Shown: one piece after another, positions 14,301-29,559 of the stretch | Position numbering within the stretch: the first letter of the stretch is position 1 | Layout: each line of letters opens with the position of its first letter | Origin: Octopus vulgaris | Taxonomy: Eukaryota | Length of the DNA: 64,000 nt | Assembly: GCA_951406725.2 (NCBI GenBank) | Contig: OX597819.1 | Coordinates: 36,208,001-36,272,000 of the forward strand | Direction: 5' to 3' | The notes under the pieces: generated by a model | The model's input: only the letters and a program-made list of their open reading frames with translations | Databases searched by the model: none | What the model was told of the DNA's origin: nothing | Position numbers and translations under genes: made by a program

Positions 14301-17300
14301 CGCTCTCATTACTTCAAAAGTTCCCGCAAGCCCATATGTAAAAAATATATATTTTTCCACGGAAATCGACGGAAAGGTCTACTAGAGACGAAAGATTGCC
14401 CAAGATTCTAATCAGGTAAGTAATGTGTTTAATTTTTGTGTGGAGAGAGAGACAGACAGACAGACGGACAAACAGACAGATAGAGAGAGGGGGAGAGAGT
14501 GACTGAATGGAGGTGTGTGTTGTCATGTATTTTTTGCATGTATGTGTAAATGGCTCTCTCTCACTCATTCTCTCTCTCTCTTTCATGTAATACATGAAGT
14601 TTAATTGAACTTTCAATGGTATAGTAATACATAATATTATATATCATCATCATCATTGTTTAACGTTTGCTTTCCACGCTGGTATGGGTTGGACAGTTTG
14701 ACTGAAAAATGGCAAGCCAGGAGGCTGGACCAGGATCCAATCTGTTCTGGCAAGGTTCCTACAGCTGGATGCCCTTCCTAGTGCCAACCATTCCAAGAGT
14801 GTGGTGGGTGCTTTTACATTCCACTGGCACGTGAGCCAGTCGGGTGGCACTGGCATCAACCATGTTCGAATGGTACTTTTATGTGCTACCGGCACGGGAG
14901 CCAGTCAGGTGACACTGGCATTGACCATGCTCAAATGGCACTTTTTATGTGCCGTCGGCACTGGCATATATATATATATGGCTGATGCCACTGTCAGTGG
15001 CACATAAAAAGCAGCATTTACACATATATGCAAAAAAAATACACATAAAAAGTACCACTTACACATACATGCAAAAAAAATACATGACAACACCCCCCTT
15101 CATTCACTCACTCTCTCCCCCTTTCTCTATCTGTCTGTCTGTCTGTCTCTCTCCACACACAAAAATGAAACACATTACTTACCCGATTAGAGTTTCGATG
15201 CCAAAAATTGCAAAGGGAAAGTGGATTTCTTTTTCAAATCTATTCTGCTATCTGGGATTAATATATCCAGTGATTTTAAGAGGTATAAAAAAGATATTTT
15301 GTTTTAACATTATACTTTTACTTGTTTCACACACACACATTAACAAAAACACTAACGTTTTTTTAAGATGAATTTCGTGTCATTCTTTATCTCTCTTGCT
15401 CAGACTTTGTTACCATTAATTTGTATAACTTCAGCATTTTCACTTATTCTTTTCAAACTTGCTTGAATTTTCAATCTAATGTAATGCACACCCTCAAAAA
15501 CGTATTTCTGCAAATGTTATCTAAAAATATGGGTAAAGAAAGAAACAGCAAGAAAAAAATTTCCCTGTGCAAAATGGAGTGGGGTTTAAATTTCCAAGGG
15601 TTCCATCCCACCTACCCCGTTTTCTGGACAAAAAATGTGTTTTGTGGCACATTAGGAGATCACCGTAATTCATTCAACGAAAAAAAAAATTTCCAATGAT
15701 TAAAGGATACAGGATGAGGTGGGGGTCCAGTTTCCCCCCATCACATTTTTCCGAGCAAAAATAAGGGATTTGCAGTACATTAGGAGGTTAGAATACTTGA
15801 TTCCACACAAAAAAAATTCAGTGTTTTTTTTCTTTGTGAAACACATATGTATGTACTTCCCAAAATTTACTGCCATGACCTGCTACATCGTCAATGCCTT
15901 ATAGCCTAGCCACTACTTTGATCTTATGGATCCAGGCCACTACATCACTTTTGCTGCTGGTCCTTATCTTTTCTGCCATACCATTGAAGGGGATAACAGC
16001 AACAGAGAAATATACCTATACACGAGTGCTGAAATAGCTTGTTGTATGAGGGAACTGTAATGCAGAGAAATAAGAAACATTTTGTCTACCTTCTCGTCAT
16101 CTGCCATCCAGCTGTACTCAATTGAAAACTCGTGCCGTTCACCTAATGATAGCAGCTGCTAATACCAATCCCTCTCAGCTCAATCACCTCACGTCTGTTC
16201 ATTGCAAGAGCCCAAGCCCTATATTAACGAGTCCAAAAAATGTTCAGCATGTTCTCTTGAAAAACTATATCTTTTTAAAGAAGTTGAGAACCTCAAACGA
16301 ATGCATAAATTCCAGGAATGAGATTTTTGTCTGTTTGTCCCCATTTCAAGAAATACATCACTTCCTCTCTCACCTTTCCTGTTCCGGTCGGGCCCCTTGG
16401 CCATTGATGTTGACATCACAACCCTTTCTTTCTGGCACATCTCATCCCCACAGATGTCCGTGCAATGGATTCCTTTAGAAAGCAGTTAATTTCTACTGTC
16501 AACTCTTTAGGACATAAAATATCTATCGATACTAACCAAACTGGAACTAACTTTTAGATGTTTCCTCAGATCTCAAAACTAATTCATATAAGCCCTTCCA
16601 CAAGGCTAATGAGAACCTTAAATATATTAATAAACATTCATGTCACCCATCTGTTGTATTTAAAGACTTAATTTGAAAATTTAGACGTAGGATGACATGT
16701 CTTTCTTCTTCTAAAGAAATATTCGAAAAGGCTACTCCAAATTATACTGTGGCCCTTTTACAATAATGGCTTTACTGATAAAATCTTTGACCCTCCCCCA
16801 CCTCCTCTATCACCTAGTCATAAGAATAGGTCTTGGACAAATGTAGGTAAAAGATTCTTTCACTTAGTAGATATCCACTTCCATAGAACCTATAGATACA
16901 ATAAAATCTTTAACAGACACATGATTAAAATTACCTTTTCTTGGCTCCCTGATGTTAAATCACATGTCAATAAGCAGCACATGATTCAAGCCTGCCCTGG
17001 ATGCACATGTAGAGACAAGTCTAAATGCAGCCTAGGACAGAAGTGTGATATATCTCCCCTTGTTTATGAAGCACAGGTTTCAGTGAAAACAACAATTGTT
17101 GTACAGAGATCAAATGTTATATCAGAGCCATGAAAGGAAAAATATAAATCCAGGTATAACAACCATATTTTGAATTTTAGGTACCGTGATAAGAGACAGT
17201 TTGGCTTTAATCTGGTAACTTAAAGACAAAGGGGCCAGTTTTGACATCAAATGGAAAATCCTTTCCAAAATCAGACCCCCTATATTTATGAGTCCAAAAA

Positions 17301-18050
17301 ATGTTCAGTATGTTGTCTTGAAAAACTATATCTTTTAAAGAAGTTGAGAACTTCAAACAAATACATAAATTCCAGGAACAATTTTTTTGTCTGTATGTCT
17401 CCATTTCAAGAAATACATCTAGTCAGAATTTAAAAGTAGACCATCAGTCTGCTTGACATGGGATTATTGTAATGTTGATTATGTCCCTTGTGATTTTCTC
17501 CTCATCTTCCTTATCGGTGTCCTTTGTTTAAATGTCATCTGCTGAAAAGACAACTGACAAACGGTCTTGTTCTCAGCTTGAAAAATGGCAAAATAAATAA
17601 TTGTTTCGATCAGGAAACTGGGGTTAGCTGTACTTAATAGGATTAGGGTGTTAATAGTTTGCTTCCCAATCACATGATTCTGGTTTCAGTCCCACTGTGT
17701 GACACCTTGGGCAAGTGCCTTCTACTATGGCTTTTGGGATGACCAAAGCCCTGTGAGTGGATTTGGTAGATGGAAACTGAAAGTAGCCCTTTGTGTATAT
17801 ATATATATTCTTTTATTCTTTTACTTGTTTCTGTCATTTGACTGTGGCCATGCTGGTGCAGTGCCTTTAGTTGAACAAATTGGCTCCAGGACTTATTCTT
17901 TGTAAGCCCAGTACTTATTCTAGCAGTCTCTTTTGTTGAACCACTAAGTTACGGGAACATAAACACGCCAACATCAGTTGTTAAACGATGGTGGTGGACA
18001 AGCAGACACACACACACATAAAAAAAATATATATATATATATATATATAT

Positions 18051-18093
<43 letters not shown>

Positions 18094-21000
18094 GATGAGT
18101 GTTTTTCAGTTTCTATCTACCAAATCCACTCACAAGGCTTCGGTTGGCCCGAGGCTCTAATAGAAGACACTTTCTCAAGGTGTCACACAGTGGAACTGAA
18201 CCCAGAACCATGTGGTTGGGAAGCAAGCTTCTTACCATACAGCCATGCCTGTGCCTATGAAAATTCTTTAATTTTCTATTGTTAGTACTCACGGTTCATT
18301 TCCAAATTTTGGATGCTTGATGACAAGTTTACCATCTATGAGTGAAACTTGAATTGTGTTGTCCTTTTCAGGAAGCTGGGATCGAATATGGCACCTAAAC
18401 AGAAAACAAATATTCATGTTTATAACTGGGTTTTTGATACAATAATTAAAAAAATGTTTTTGCAATCTTTTAGTTAGAAGAAAAGGCATTGCCCATAGCC
18501 ATTTCTGGGGCTTCCAAGACTGGCAGGAAAGAAAGAGGGAAGAAGTTATCCCAAATACTTGCATCAATAGGTATACATATCCATTTGGTGTCACTGATCT
18601 GTCAACTTTCACAGCTAGGCTGTACGTTCTGTCACATAGAACAGTAAACAAAATAATTTGTTTTATTGCTGCCTATCAATTTCAGCCTGTGACACAAACC
18701 GATCAAAGGAGACCTCCAACTATTCTCACTTAAAAGTCATAGAATGGGGTCTGAATGCTTGCTACAGTGTGATGGATGCTGCTTATGGCATTCAAGGTGC
18801 CTGGCAGTGGTGATAAACCAGTTGACAGAGAAAGGAATCATTCCTACTAGTATATATATTTCAGTGTTGAATGAGATACACAAGCATCATAACGATCTAC
18901 CTTTGACAGAGAAAAAGAGAGGGAGAGAGGGAGAAAGAGAGAGTTAAAGAAGAAGGGAGAGAGAGAGGGAGAAAGGGGAGAAAGAGGGGGATGGAGAGAG
19001 AGAAGAAGAAAAAGAAGAGAGTGAGAGAGAGAGCCATCAGTTTCGTCAGATAATTACTTGCAAATGTCCACTGCTGTTAGCATTCGATTACCTTCAGAAA
19101 GCCTATGAATTTGCCAATCCATCTGTACTGTTGTAACTCTGAAATCAAGGAAATGACTTCCTCCCAGCTCACCAAGAGACCCTAATTGTGAAATCTACCT
19201 CTATGTCAACCTCCATATCCTACATCATCCTGCAGCATTCATCAGAGGAGTGCAATCATGATGAGCAATCAGGAATTGTCTATCCTGCATTTGAATGAGC
19301 CAAATAGGTTTATGGTGGTCATCCTGAGTTATTAGCAGCCACTGGTTTGAAGTTAATTTTCAAAGCATTTGTTTGTTGGCAACAAAAATAGTGGGTTCAG
19401 TCTTTCTAGTGATGGAAGCTACAAGATGTAGGATATGTAGGTTAATGTAGAGGTAGATTTCACAATTATGATCTTTTGGTGAGCTGGGAGAAGTCATTTC
19501 CTTGGTATCAGAGTTAGTAGATGATGTGAGACAGGGAAGTGAAGATTTTTCTATCTCTGAACCTGGAGGAGTGTATGTGCTGTTTAAATCTTTCTTTGAA
19601 GTTATTGGCTGTTAGACTCATAATTTCTTGAAATAACATTGGATGGTGTGGGGGTAAATCTACAGTTTACAGCCCTTGAGAGTTAAGATCCCTTCAATGG
19701 ATAGTTTGTGGGACTTTTTAAAAAAGCAGATTGGGTAATGGGATGGAATCTTTGAAGGTCCATGATCTTTTTGTTATTGCATGGGATGCTGGAAATGATG
19801 CTATCTAGGCAAGAGTAGATTGCTCTAATTTTATGGGTATTTAAAAGTTTGTGGTACTTATCGGTGTTTTGGAAGTGTGGTCTCAATTCAGAAGAAGGAC
19901 TTTGTCCAAAACATTGGAAACTCCATCTAAAACGTTGGGAACTTCATCCTTCATGGCAACATTACCTTACTTTTTCCATCAGTTTTTCCAAATAAAACAA
20001 GTCCTACTGATACAAATTACCACCAATTTCCTTGGATTCTGCTTTGTGTGTGAGTATGTGCATGCTTGTACATGTATGTGTGTACATCCTGAATGTATTT
20101 CTTTGTATGCAGTTTGATCACAAGATGACATATATAGCCAAAAATTATATGAATTAAGAAAATGTCTCACTTAAAATAACTCTTCAGATCATCCTCCAAA
20201 TGCTGTATCCAAACAGTTTCTAGTTTTTGCACCACATGTTCTTTAATAGGGCTAAAAATCTCAGCTGGTACATAGCCCTGAGCATTCTGCAGTACATTGA
20301 AAATATTTTCTTTTTCTTCTTTGCATAAGTCTGAAACAGAAATCAGAAATAAACTTCAATTTGTTTAACCCTTTAGCATTCAAATTACTCTGTCAAATGT
20401 AATGCTGATTTATTCTCATTGTTTTGAATTAATCAGGCCTCACTTCATACTTTTGAGATTTCAAAGATGTCATTTATTATTTTTAGAATGACATTGTAGG
20501 GTAGGAGTGAGAGGCCAGATCTAGCCAGTTTGAACATAAAATAGGTTGAATATTTAGGCTGGATATGACTGGATTAAGTGCTAAAGGGCTAAAGAAACTT
20601 TTTTCTTTCTATTTAGAATTTTTGTTTGTTTGGAAGGCAGTTGAAGGAAGAGAATTGAAATTTAAAAATTGATAAAAATTATTAAAAAGTAAACAAAAAT
20701 TGAAAGTAAGAAGAAAATTTTGAATTAAAGCATTTTTAGAAAATTAAAATTGAAATTCAAATGTTTGATGACCAAGTTTAATGAAAATTCCAAACCCTAA
20801 TTTAAATATTGTCGCACCCACCACCACTTCTAAAATAGTTTAGCAGGTGCACACCACTTTTTTATTTTGTATATTTGGAAACTTTAAAGAATGTAAGGTT
20901 GAATAACACTGTGTAATCAATTGAAACAGCATTAAATTAAAATTGCTATTTGTGTTTCATACTAAATGTATATACACCAATACAGGGCATGCTTTTATGG

Positions 21001-23173
21001 AATTACCTGACATAAATCTATTCATAGATTTGTGTTAAAAGTACTATGTATATGTCAGTACAAGACAAACATTGTCTTTGCACTATCTCGTGAGAACCAT
21101 AAACATGTTTTGCCTTTCTTGAGGCTTATCAATGTCACACACTGAATTGTGACCTACTTAAATGAAATTTGCTCCTGATATAGAGAAACATTGAATAAAA
21201 CATTCACTGATATTGTGGAAGCTTGCCAGGCTGTAGAAAAACTCAGTGTATGCAACTGAAATAGCAACTAGATTAAAATTGCCATCTGTGTATCATACTA
21301 AACAGAGTGTGGCAAAACTAGCATACAGAAGGTGAAGAATAGGTGTTGTGAGGGAAGAACTGCTGAGAGAGAGATAGGTATGGAGTTAAATAAATAGCTA
21401 AATGGCAGTAGGCCTTGCAATGAACCACAGGGAAACAAAATACTTATGGTCTGAAAACAGGATTAGGTGTGGTAAGGGATGAAATCAAGGAGGTAAGGGA
21501 ATACTCCTACTTACTTCTACTGTGTAGAATACTTCTACCCAGTGAATATGCACCAAGACGTGAATACTGAAGTCCTGAAGAGAAGAAGGGTACTAAGGTA
21601 GGTGCTTACTTCAATGAAGGATGTGTTCAAAGCAAAGCTGGCAAGACCGTACATGCCAGACGCTTCAATAGCACTGTCCTTCATGTACTCTTATATGCAA
21701 GTGAGATATGTGGAGGCACATGGCCTAGTGGTTAGAGCAGCGGACTCACGGTTGAGGGATCGCGGGTTCGAATCTCAGACCGGGTGATGTGTGTGTTTAT
21801 GAGTGAAACACTTAAGCTCCACGCGGCTCCAGCAGAAGGTAATGGAGAACCTCTGCTGACTCTTTCGCCATGACTTTCTCTCACTCTTTCCTCCTGCATC
21901 TTGCAGCTCACCTGCAACGGACTGGCGTCCCATCCAGGTGGGGAACCTATACACCAAGAAACCGGGAAATCGGCCCTTATGAGCTAGGCATGGCTTGAGA
22001 AGGAACAAACAAGTCAGATATGGGCTACCATGAAGAGGGAAGAATATTGATTAGCTATGTCACAAAGAGCCAGAGAAAGATTATGCTTGGAATATCATTG
22101 CAAGAGCATATTTGAAATGAGATAAATTTCAAATGAAGTGGAGTGAATGATAAGATTGCAGAATACTGAAAGGACAAGTTCTGTTGGGCTGGACATGTTG
22201 CAAGGTGGACAAACAACAGGTGGACCTGTGCCTTTTCTGCTAAGAGATTAGGTAAAAAAAAAAACAACACTCAGAAGGCCTCCATAATAATGGAAAGATA
22301 AATTAGTTAAGTGATTTGGGATAAGAAGGTAAAGATTGGCACAATCAAGAAAGAATTGGAACCACATTGTGACCAGTGATGTATGACAACATCAGATAGT
22401 CTGGTCAATACAGTGATGGAGTAATGTATATATATCTTTATATATAAAAGAGAGGTTGTGCGCTGTCTGTCTCCTACGATTTAGATTCCTAACTACTCCC
22501 ACATTTTGCAGTGCAGTTTAACCAAAACCGGGTATCTTATAGTCGTGATTCATATCGAGCCCTTCTGGGTATTAGCGCGTGTTACGATGAGTCTACGATT
22601 TTAAAAAGAATTTACCGTCAATTTTTCCCATGTTTGGCATATATAAGGGAAGTAACTCTCTAAGAATTTATTAAATCTCAGAACGTAAAAAGCTACAGTA
22701 ACACCCCCTCCTTTGTGGTTAGCCATATTGAGATGGCTATTATATAGTTATTTCCCTTACAAACCCGAGCAACGCCGGGCGATACTGCTAGCTTATATAC
22801 AAAAGATAGTGCATAATAATAAAACAAAAACAAAAAAGCCCTGAGTGGTTCTCTCCCCTTGAAAGAAATTTCTATTTCTTAGCAAACTCTTTTTCACTCC
22901 ATCTCTTACTCTGAAAGCAACCATAGATGGCAGCACCAACAGTCGCCATGTATGTATATATATTCTTTTATTCTTTTACTTGTTTCAGTCATTTGACTGT
23001 GGCCATGCTGGAGCACTGCTTTTAGTTGAGCAAATTGACCCAGGACTTATTCTTTGTAAGCCTGGTACTTATTCTATCGATCTCTTTTGCTGAACCGCTA
23101 GGTTATGGGGATGTAAATGCATCAGCATCGGTTGTCAAGCGATGTTGGAGGACTAACACAGACACAAACATAT

Positions 23174-23210
<37 letters not shown>

Positions 23211-25678
23211 TATATATATATTTATATGTGTATATATATCTATCTATCTATCTATCTATCTATATCTGATGGGGTTCTTTCAGTGTCTACCAAATCCACT
23301 CACAAGGTTTTGGTCAGCATGAGGCTATATAGTAGAAGACCAAGGTGCCATGCAGTGGGACTGAACCCGGAACCATGTGGTTGGCAAGCAAGCTACTTAC
23401 CACACAGCCACTCCTATATATATTATATATATGTGCGTGTGTGTATATATATATGGATACATATATGTATGTATGTGTGTGTGCGTATACATACAGAGAG
23501 AGAGAGAGAGAGAGTAAGGGAGACGTACACACAGAGACAGATACAGAGAGAGAAGAGAAAAGAGAAAGAGGTATTTGGTCTTAAATATGGTATTCCAATT
23601 GACAGAAATTATCCATATCAATCAACACACTCAACTAGACACTCTCCTAGTTATTGTTGTTTAGCCTAAGGTCAATCCTTATTGTTCAGGCTTATGACCT
23701 AAGGTATTTCATCATTTATTCAGACATGGGTGTTGATATATAAAGGTTCAAGTGGAACATAATTGGTATTAGTCTCATTGGTCCAGGAGGGCCTGAAAAG
23801 GCCATCCTAGATTGTAATTTTCTCCATACCCAGCAAATGAAAAATAAAAAGTTCCTTTCTATGACTAGGATGTGATTTAAGAAAGACACAGTTGTTATTT
23901 CTAGCAGATTGGGTGTCTGTGTAGAGTCTCACACGTTGCTTCATCAACTTTCTGGTTGTAATCTAAAAGTAAATATATCTTGATTGTAGTAATATGAGAG
24001 TGTATTTCCAACTCCACTTTGCTATGTAGGGATTAGATGATAATGTATTTCATACCAAAGCCATTACTGTTTGCATCTGCTATAAAGTTGTGGTAGATGT
24101 CCCAGGCATGTTCAAGGCAAAGATGCCGATCAACAGATTCATTCATTTTGTAGCCATATTGGGTGACAGCTTGCCAGAAATACAGACTTTTCAAAGAATC
24201 TTCGTCATTTTTCCTAATTAGAAAAAGAAAAAAAAGGAAGAAACCAATTAAAAGAAATAATTAACTGTGGTTTATTAGATTTTATTAGAGAATACAAAAT
24301 AAAAGTACTTAATGTACTTAAAGGATTTTAATTCCTATCCATGGAAACAATCCTAACCAAGATTATTAGAACCAAGTATCAACATTTTATTGAATAGCTC
24401 TGTGTGTAGTTGCCATGTTCAGTATGTAAATAAAAGCAGCAGAATTTTTGATAACCGACAGGGAATCAATAATCTGGTCTGATAGTTCATTGGCTGTAGT
24501 AAACATGGTTTCTTTACTTTACTGATCTAATCAGTATTATAATTGTAACTAGTGATAACATAATAATACCTGGTGTGTGTGAAGTTGGTGGTGGTGGTGG
24601 TGGTGGTGGTGGTGGTATGTGTGTGTAGAATCATTAGCCGGCAGAATCGTTAGTACGCTGGATGAAATGCTTAGCGGTATTTCGTCTGCCGTTACGTTCT
24701 GAGTTCAAATTCCGCCGAGGTTGACTTTACCTTTCATCCTTTCGGGGTCGATAAAATAAGTACCAGTTACACACTGGAGTTGATATAATCGACTTAATCC
24801 GTGTGTCTGTCCTTAATCCGTGTGTCTGTCCTTAATCCGTGTGTCTGTCCCCTCTGTGTTTAACCCCTTGTGGGTAGTAAAGAAATAGGTATGTGTGTGA
24901 GTGTGTGTGTTATCTTTATTATCAACAGAAAGTTTCTCTCACAGTTCAAAATATAGATTAAACAAAGCACATGTTAAAGGCTTGATGCAGTATAAAGTTG
25001 GAATATGGGAAGTCTAAGACGAGAACGTACAGGGATAACAAAGAAACAAATTATAATTTTTGTCCCCACTTCAACATGCCTGTTCCGTACAAACTAACAT
25101 TTTTTAACCCCCAAGAGGATGCCTCCTCTAGCTGGTTATTGATGCAATTTGTACCCAATAACTATTGCAAGCAGGGTAATGCACCGCTACCATCTTCTAA
25201 CAATTTGACATCAGTAGACTGTTTGGTTTCAGGCTATTTTTGCCCATCCCCAGAACTGGACACTTGTCTGCTAGAGATAACAGTAGTTTGCTCCAGCTCA
25301 CAATATATATCAGGTGCAGAGTGTATCAATAATCAGCTAGAGGAGGTACCCCCTTGGAGTTAAAAAATGGTAGTAATATCAGTTTGTATGGAACAGCCAT
25401 GTTGAAGTGGCAACAAACATTACATCTCAGTATAGGAACTACTTTCATCTCTTATACTCTTTACTCTTTACTCTTTTATATGTTTCAGTCATTTGATCGC
25501 AGCCATGCTGGAGCACCGCCTTTAGTAGAGCAAATCGACCCCAGGACTTATTCTTTGGAAGCCTAGTACTTATTCTATCAGTCTCTTTTTGCCAAACCGC
25601 TAAGTTACGGGGATGTAAACACACCAGCATCGGTTGTCAAGCGATGTTGGGAGAACAAACATAGATACACAAATATAT

Positions 25679-25729
<51 letters not shown>

Positions 25730-28700
25730 GGTGCCCCAGCATGGCCACAGCTCGTGAGCTGAAACTAGATAAAATAAAAAAATAAAAGAAATAAAATATA
25801 TATATATATATACATATATATGACAGGCTTCTTTCAGTTTCCGTCTACCAAATCTACTCACAAGGCTTTGGTTGGCCCGAGGCTATAGTAGAAGACACTT
25901 GCCCAAGGTGCCATGCAATGGGACTGAACCTGGAACCATGTGGTTGGTAAGCAAGCTACTTACCACACAGCCACTCCTGCGCCTATCTCTTATAGAGAAT
26001 TTCTCAATTATAATTTATTGGATCCATAATGGTAGTGCAAGTACAGTTGTAGTTGTTAAGTAACTCACTTCATAACAACATGGTTGAGGGGCTTGGTCCC
26101 CCAGTGCAGCACCTTGGGCAAGTGTTTTCTACTACAGCTTTGGACAGATTAAAGCTTTATAAGTAAAATCTAGTGGATAAAAACAGTGTGAAAGCCAGTC
26201 AGAAGGCCATTCCTCTTCTTGGATACAGGCTGAAAGGCCAGATGGTGGAGTTAAGCTGGATGAATTCTATAAAACTTCACTCTGTTTAAGGTCACCATCA
26301 GACCTTTGGGTCTTCGATGGAGTCCAATTCCATTACAAATACTAAGCAGAGATCTTTAACCCTAGAGTAAATGTCTCCATTACTTTCATCAGTTCATTCC
26401 TTTCACCCTGAAAAGGATCATAGGTGCTGTTCTTTCACTTCTGACTTAACGAATAAAATTGACTTTAAGAAAGATTAATTATAGATAGAGTATAGATTAG
26501 TTTAACATCACAATTATTTATTATTGTACAGTGGATGTGTAATGGAAATAGATAACATCTGTTGGATGAGAATGTATCATTTGTTGATTGTAGATGTAAG
26601 ACTTGAGAGAAGAAAACTGATGAAGACTTACAAATTATCATATAAAAGGAATCTTTAAAGAAGCTTAATCTAAAGCTGTTTGTCGTTATCATAATTTAGT
26701 AAAAGTAGTCTTAAGGAAATGATTATCTTACAATGAGATTTATAAAACGAGATCCATGGTTTTATGACAAGTTCTATGTGTGGAAAAGTTATAAAGTGTA
26801 AAACTATTGATGGGAAAATTGCAATTAAGATAATTAAGGTTTAGACATATTCTAGTTGTTAAGGTTATTTTTAATAAAGCTTATAACATAAAGTAGCTGT
26901 TTAATAGTAGCTGTTTAGTAGTTAATCTATCTCTAGCTAGTCTTTATCACAATGCACATTCAGTTGTAGATTAATCTATTGCTAGTTTTTATTGAGTAGC
27001 GTTTTAGTTGTCAATCAATCTATAGCTAGTCTTCATAATCTCTCTATATATAAATGGCAAAATGTCTACGTGTGTGTCCTTTATACAAATCAACAATTTT
27101 TCAGTTAGAGGGCTCGCACTTTCTATGGTCATTCAAAACCGTCCAAGGGTGGTCGTGCACATCTTTACATTTCCCCAGTTACCCCGCAAAGCCATTAAAA
27201 AATCAATAGAAGTGACTTTTTTGTGAATTTTCTATCCCAAACCCAATCAAAATGCCTGAAACTTGATACGCCAATTGAATGCCAGCTAGCTGTATGTGAT
27301 TGGTCAGAGATTTGGACAGTACTCGTGTGTATGTGCGCATGCACGCAGCTGTATTTGCGTGCACTAGCACTATGACCCGGTGTTGCCAGGTCATAGTGCT
27401 AGTACAATATATTTAGTTGTCAATCTATCAGAAATACTCACAGTTTTAGAGAGAACTCAAATGGTCCACCATATCTTTTATCATTGGTCAAAGCAACTAG
27501 AAACGCATTGTTGCTGTCTCTAAAATATAAGAAATATACTTAAAATATCAGAAAATAAAATACGTTGAGAGTGGCATAATCTTGAAATTCCTTTCAGGAT
27601 TGCTATGGTTACTATTTATTAAATACATAAAAAAAAAACAAAAACAAAAAACAATCAAGGTTAAAACAGAAAGCAGTAACTAGTAGTTTCCTTGTTTCCA
27701 TAGGTTATGAATAATGATTAACCCTTTCATTACCAACCCAGCTGAAACCGGCTCTGGATCTGAGTACAAATGTCTTGTTTTCATAAGTTTTGATTTAAAA
27801 TCTTCCACCAAATCTTAGTCACAATTTATGTTCCTAACACCAGCTGAATGATAACTAAGTTATTTTACTAAATTCTTTGTTATATTTAAATACAGTATTG
27901 AAAGGGTTAAAAGATGTTCTAATGATGAAGAAAGAAAAATGTAGATATAAAATTAATAAATAGTCATTGTGATTATGATGTGTATAAGATGTTTTATCAG
28001 GCAAACAGAAGAAAAACTTTTGTTATAATGCTTTCATACTTCTTAATATTTCAATAGTCTAATTTCATAACACGGTTACAAGTTCTTTATAATAAGAGAT
28101 ATTTAATTTATAGTTGAAATTTTGGTTAATACTGAAAGCACATCATATATTTTGTATGTAGGACAAAAATCTTTCAAAATATGGTCAAATCAGAATCCTT
28201 CAAGATATTAAAGAAACACCTGACATTTGTTAATTGATTGATATTTAAAATAATAATAATAATAATAATGAAATTATTGTATTCAGTGCTCAGGTGCACC
28301 ACAACTTGTCAAAAAGTGTGTATAAAGCATATGCTTTAATGTACAAATGTCTTGGAAGTGAACAGTATATGAGTCAGATACATGCTTGCGTGTGTATGGA
28401 GGGGAGAAAATCAGGTGTAGTGTTGGCGAATCTCAGGAAGCATGGAAGTTTTGAAGGATGCAGTGCCCCGACAACTAACAACTGATGCTGGCAGTCTGTT
28501 CCATGCTTCAGCAACATTTGTATGATATTTATTTTTAAAAAGAAAAGGTTGACAGTAACTGCGAAGTTTCATTGGTTGTTGGCATTGTCAGACAGTCTGA
28601 CAATGCTTCACAGTGACTGTCAGCTCATTAAAATCTTAGAATAATATTTATTCTATAGATGAATGAATAAACAATAACTCTGAGCATCTTTTCGAACTCC

Positions 28701-29505
28701 ACCCGTGGAGATATTTACAAAATCAGAAAACAGCACAGCTCCCATGACTTTAGGAAACATTTTTTCACGCTGAGAGTTGCTGAAGCATGGAACAAACTGC
28801 CAGCATCAGTTGTTAGTTGTTGGAGCACTGCATCCTTCAAAACTTCCATGCTTTCTGAGATTCGCCAACACTACACCTGATTTTCTCTCCTCCATACACA
28901 CGTAAGCATGTATCTGACTCATACACTGTTCACTTCCCAGACATTTGTACATTAAGGCACATGCCTTATATGCACTTTTGACAAGTTGCGGTGCACCTGA
29001 GCACTGTATACAATAATTTCATTATATAAATGAAAGTGTGCCTTCTGCAGGATTGCAAGAAAAAAGGATGGCAAGTAGGGCTTTTCCCAGTCGAGGTTGG
29101 CTGTAAAGGATTCCCTGCTCAGTCAGCATGGAAGATGTTTACGACAATTGGAATAAGAGGTAAGGAGAGAAGGGTGGCTGTGCGCATGATGGGAGAAGCA
29201 GCTGAAAGTGCCTCTTCTTGGGTTTGGAGTAAGAGAAGAGTTAAGCTGGGAGCCAGGAGGAGGTGAGGAGCAGTGACTTGGCTACCTCTGCTGACCCACC
29301 AACAGGAGGATGTTATAGTTCAGGGTCGAAACACCTGATGAACGTTATATGAATGTTATATTGTTATCTTGAAGTACTGAGTTCCTCCTGGTTAAGGCTC
29401 CATTCACTATGGTGAATGGATAAAGCACCTCCTTAAGGTGTTATTAACACACACACATATATATCTATATAGTATCTATAGATCTATATAGTATCTATTT
29501 ATATA

Positions 29506-29559
<54 letters not shown>

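Noticed and set aside
17540-17570. Hammerhead-like ctgaaaagacaactgacaaacggtc in the Penelope tail
   Set aside because: It needs three or more changes in core and stem II; too degenerate to call.
21709-21790. tRNA-like sequences (also 44439, 51481, 54564, 56610)
   Set aside because: They continue into SINE bodies with tails and TSDs; not tRNA genes.
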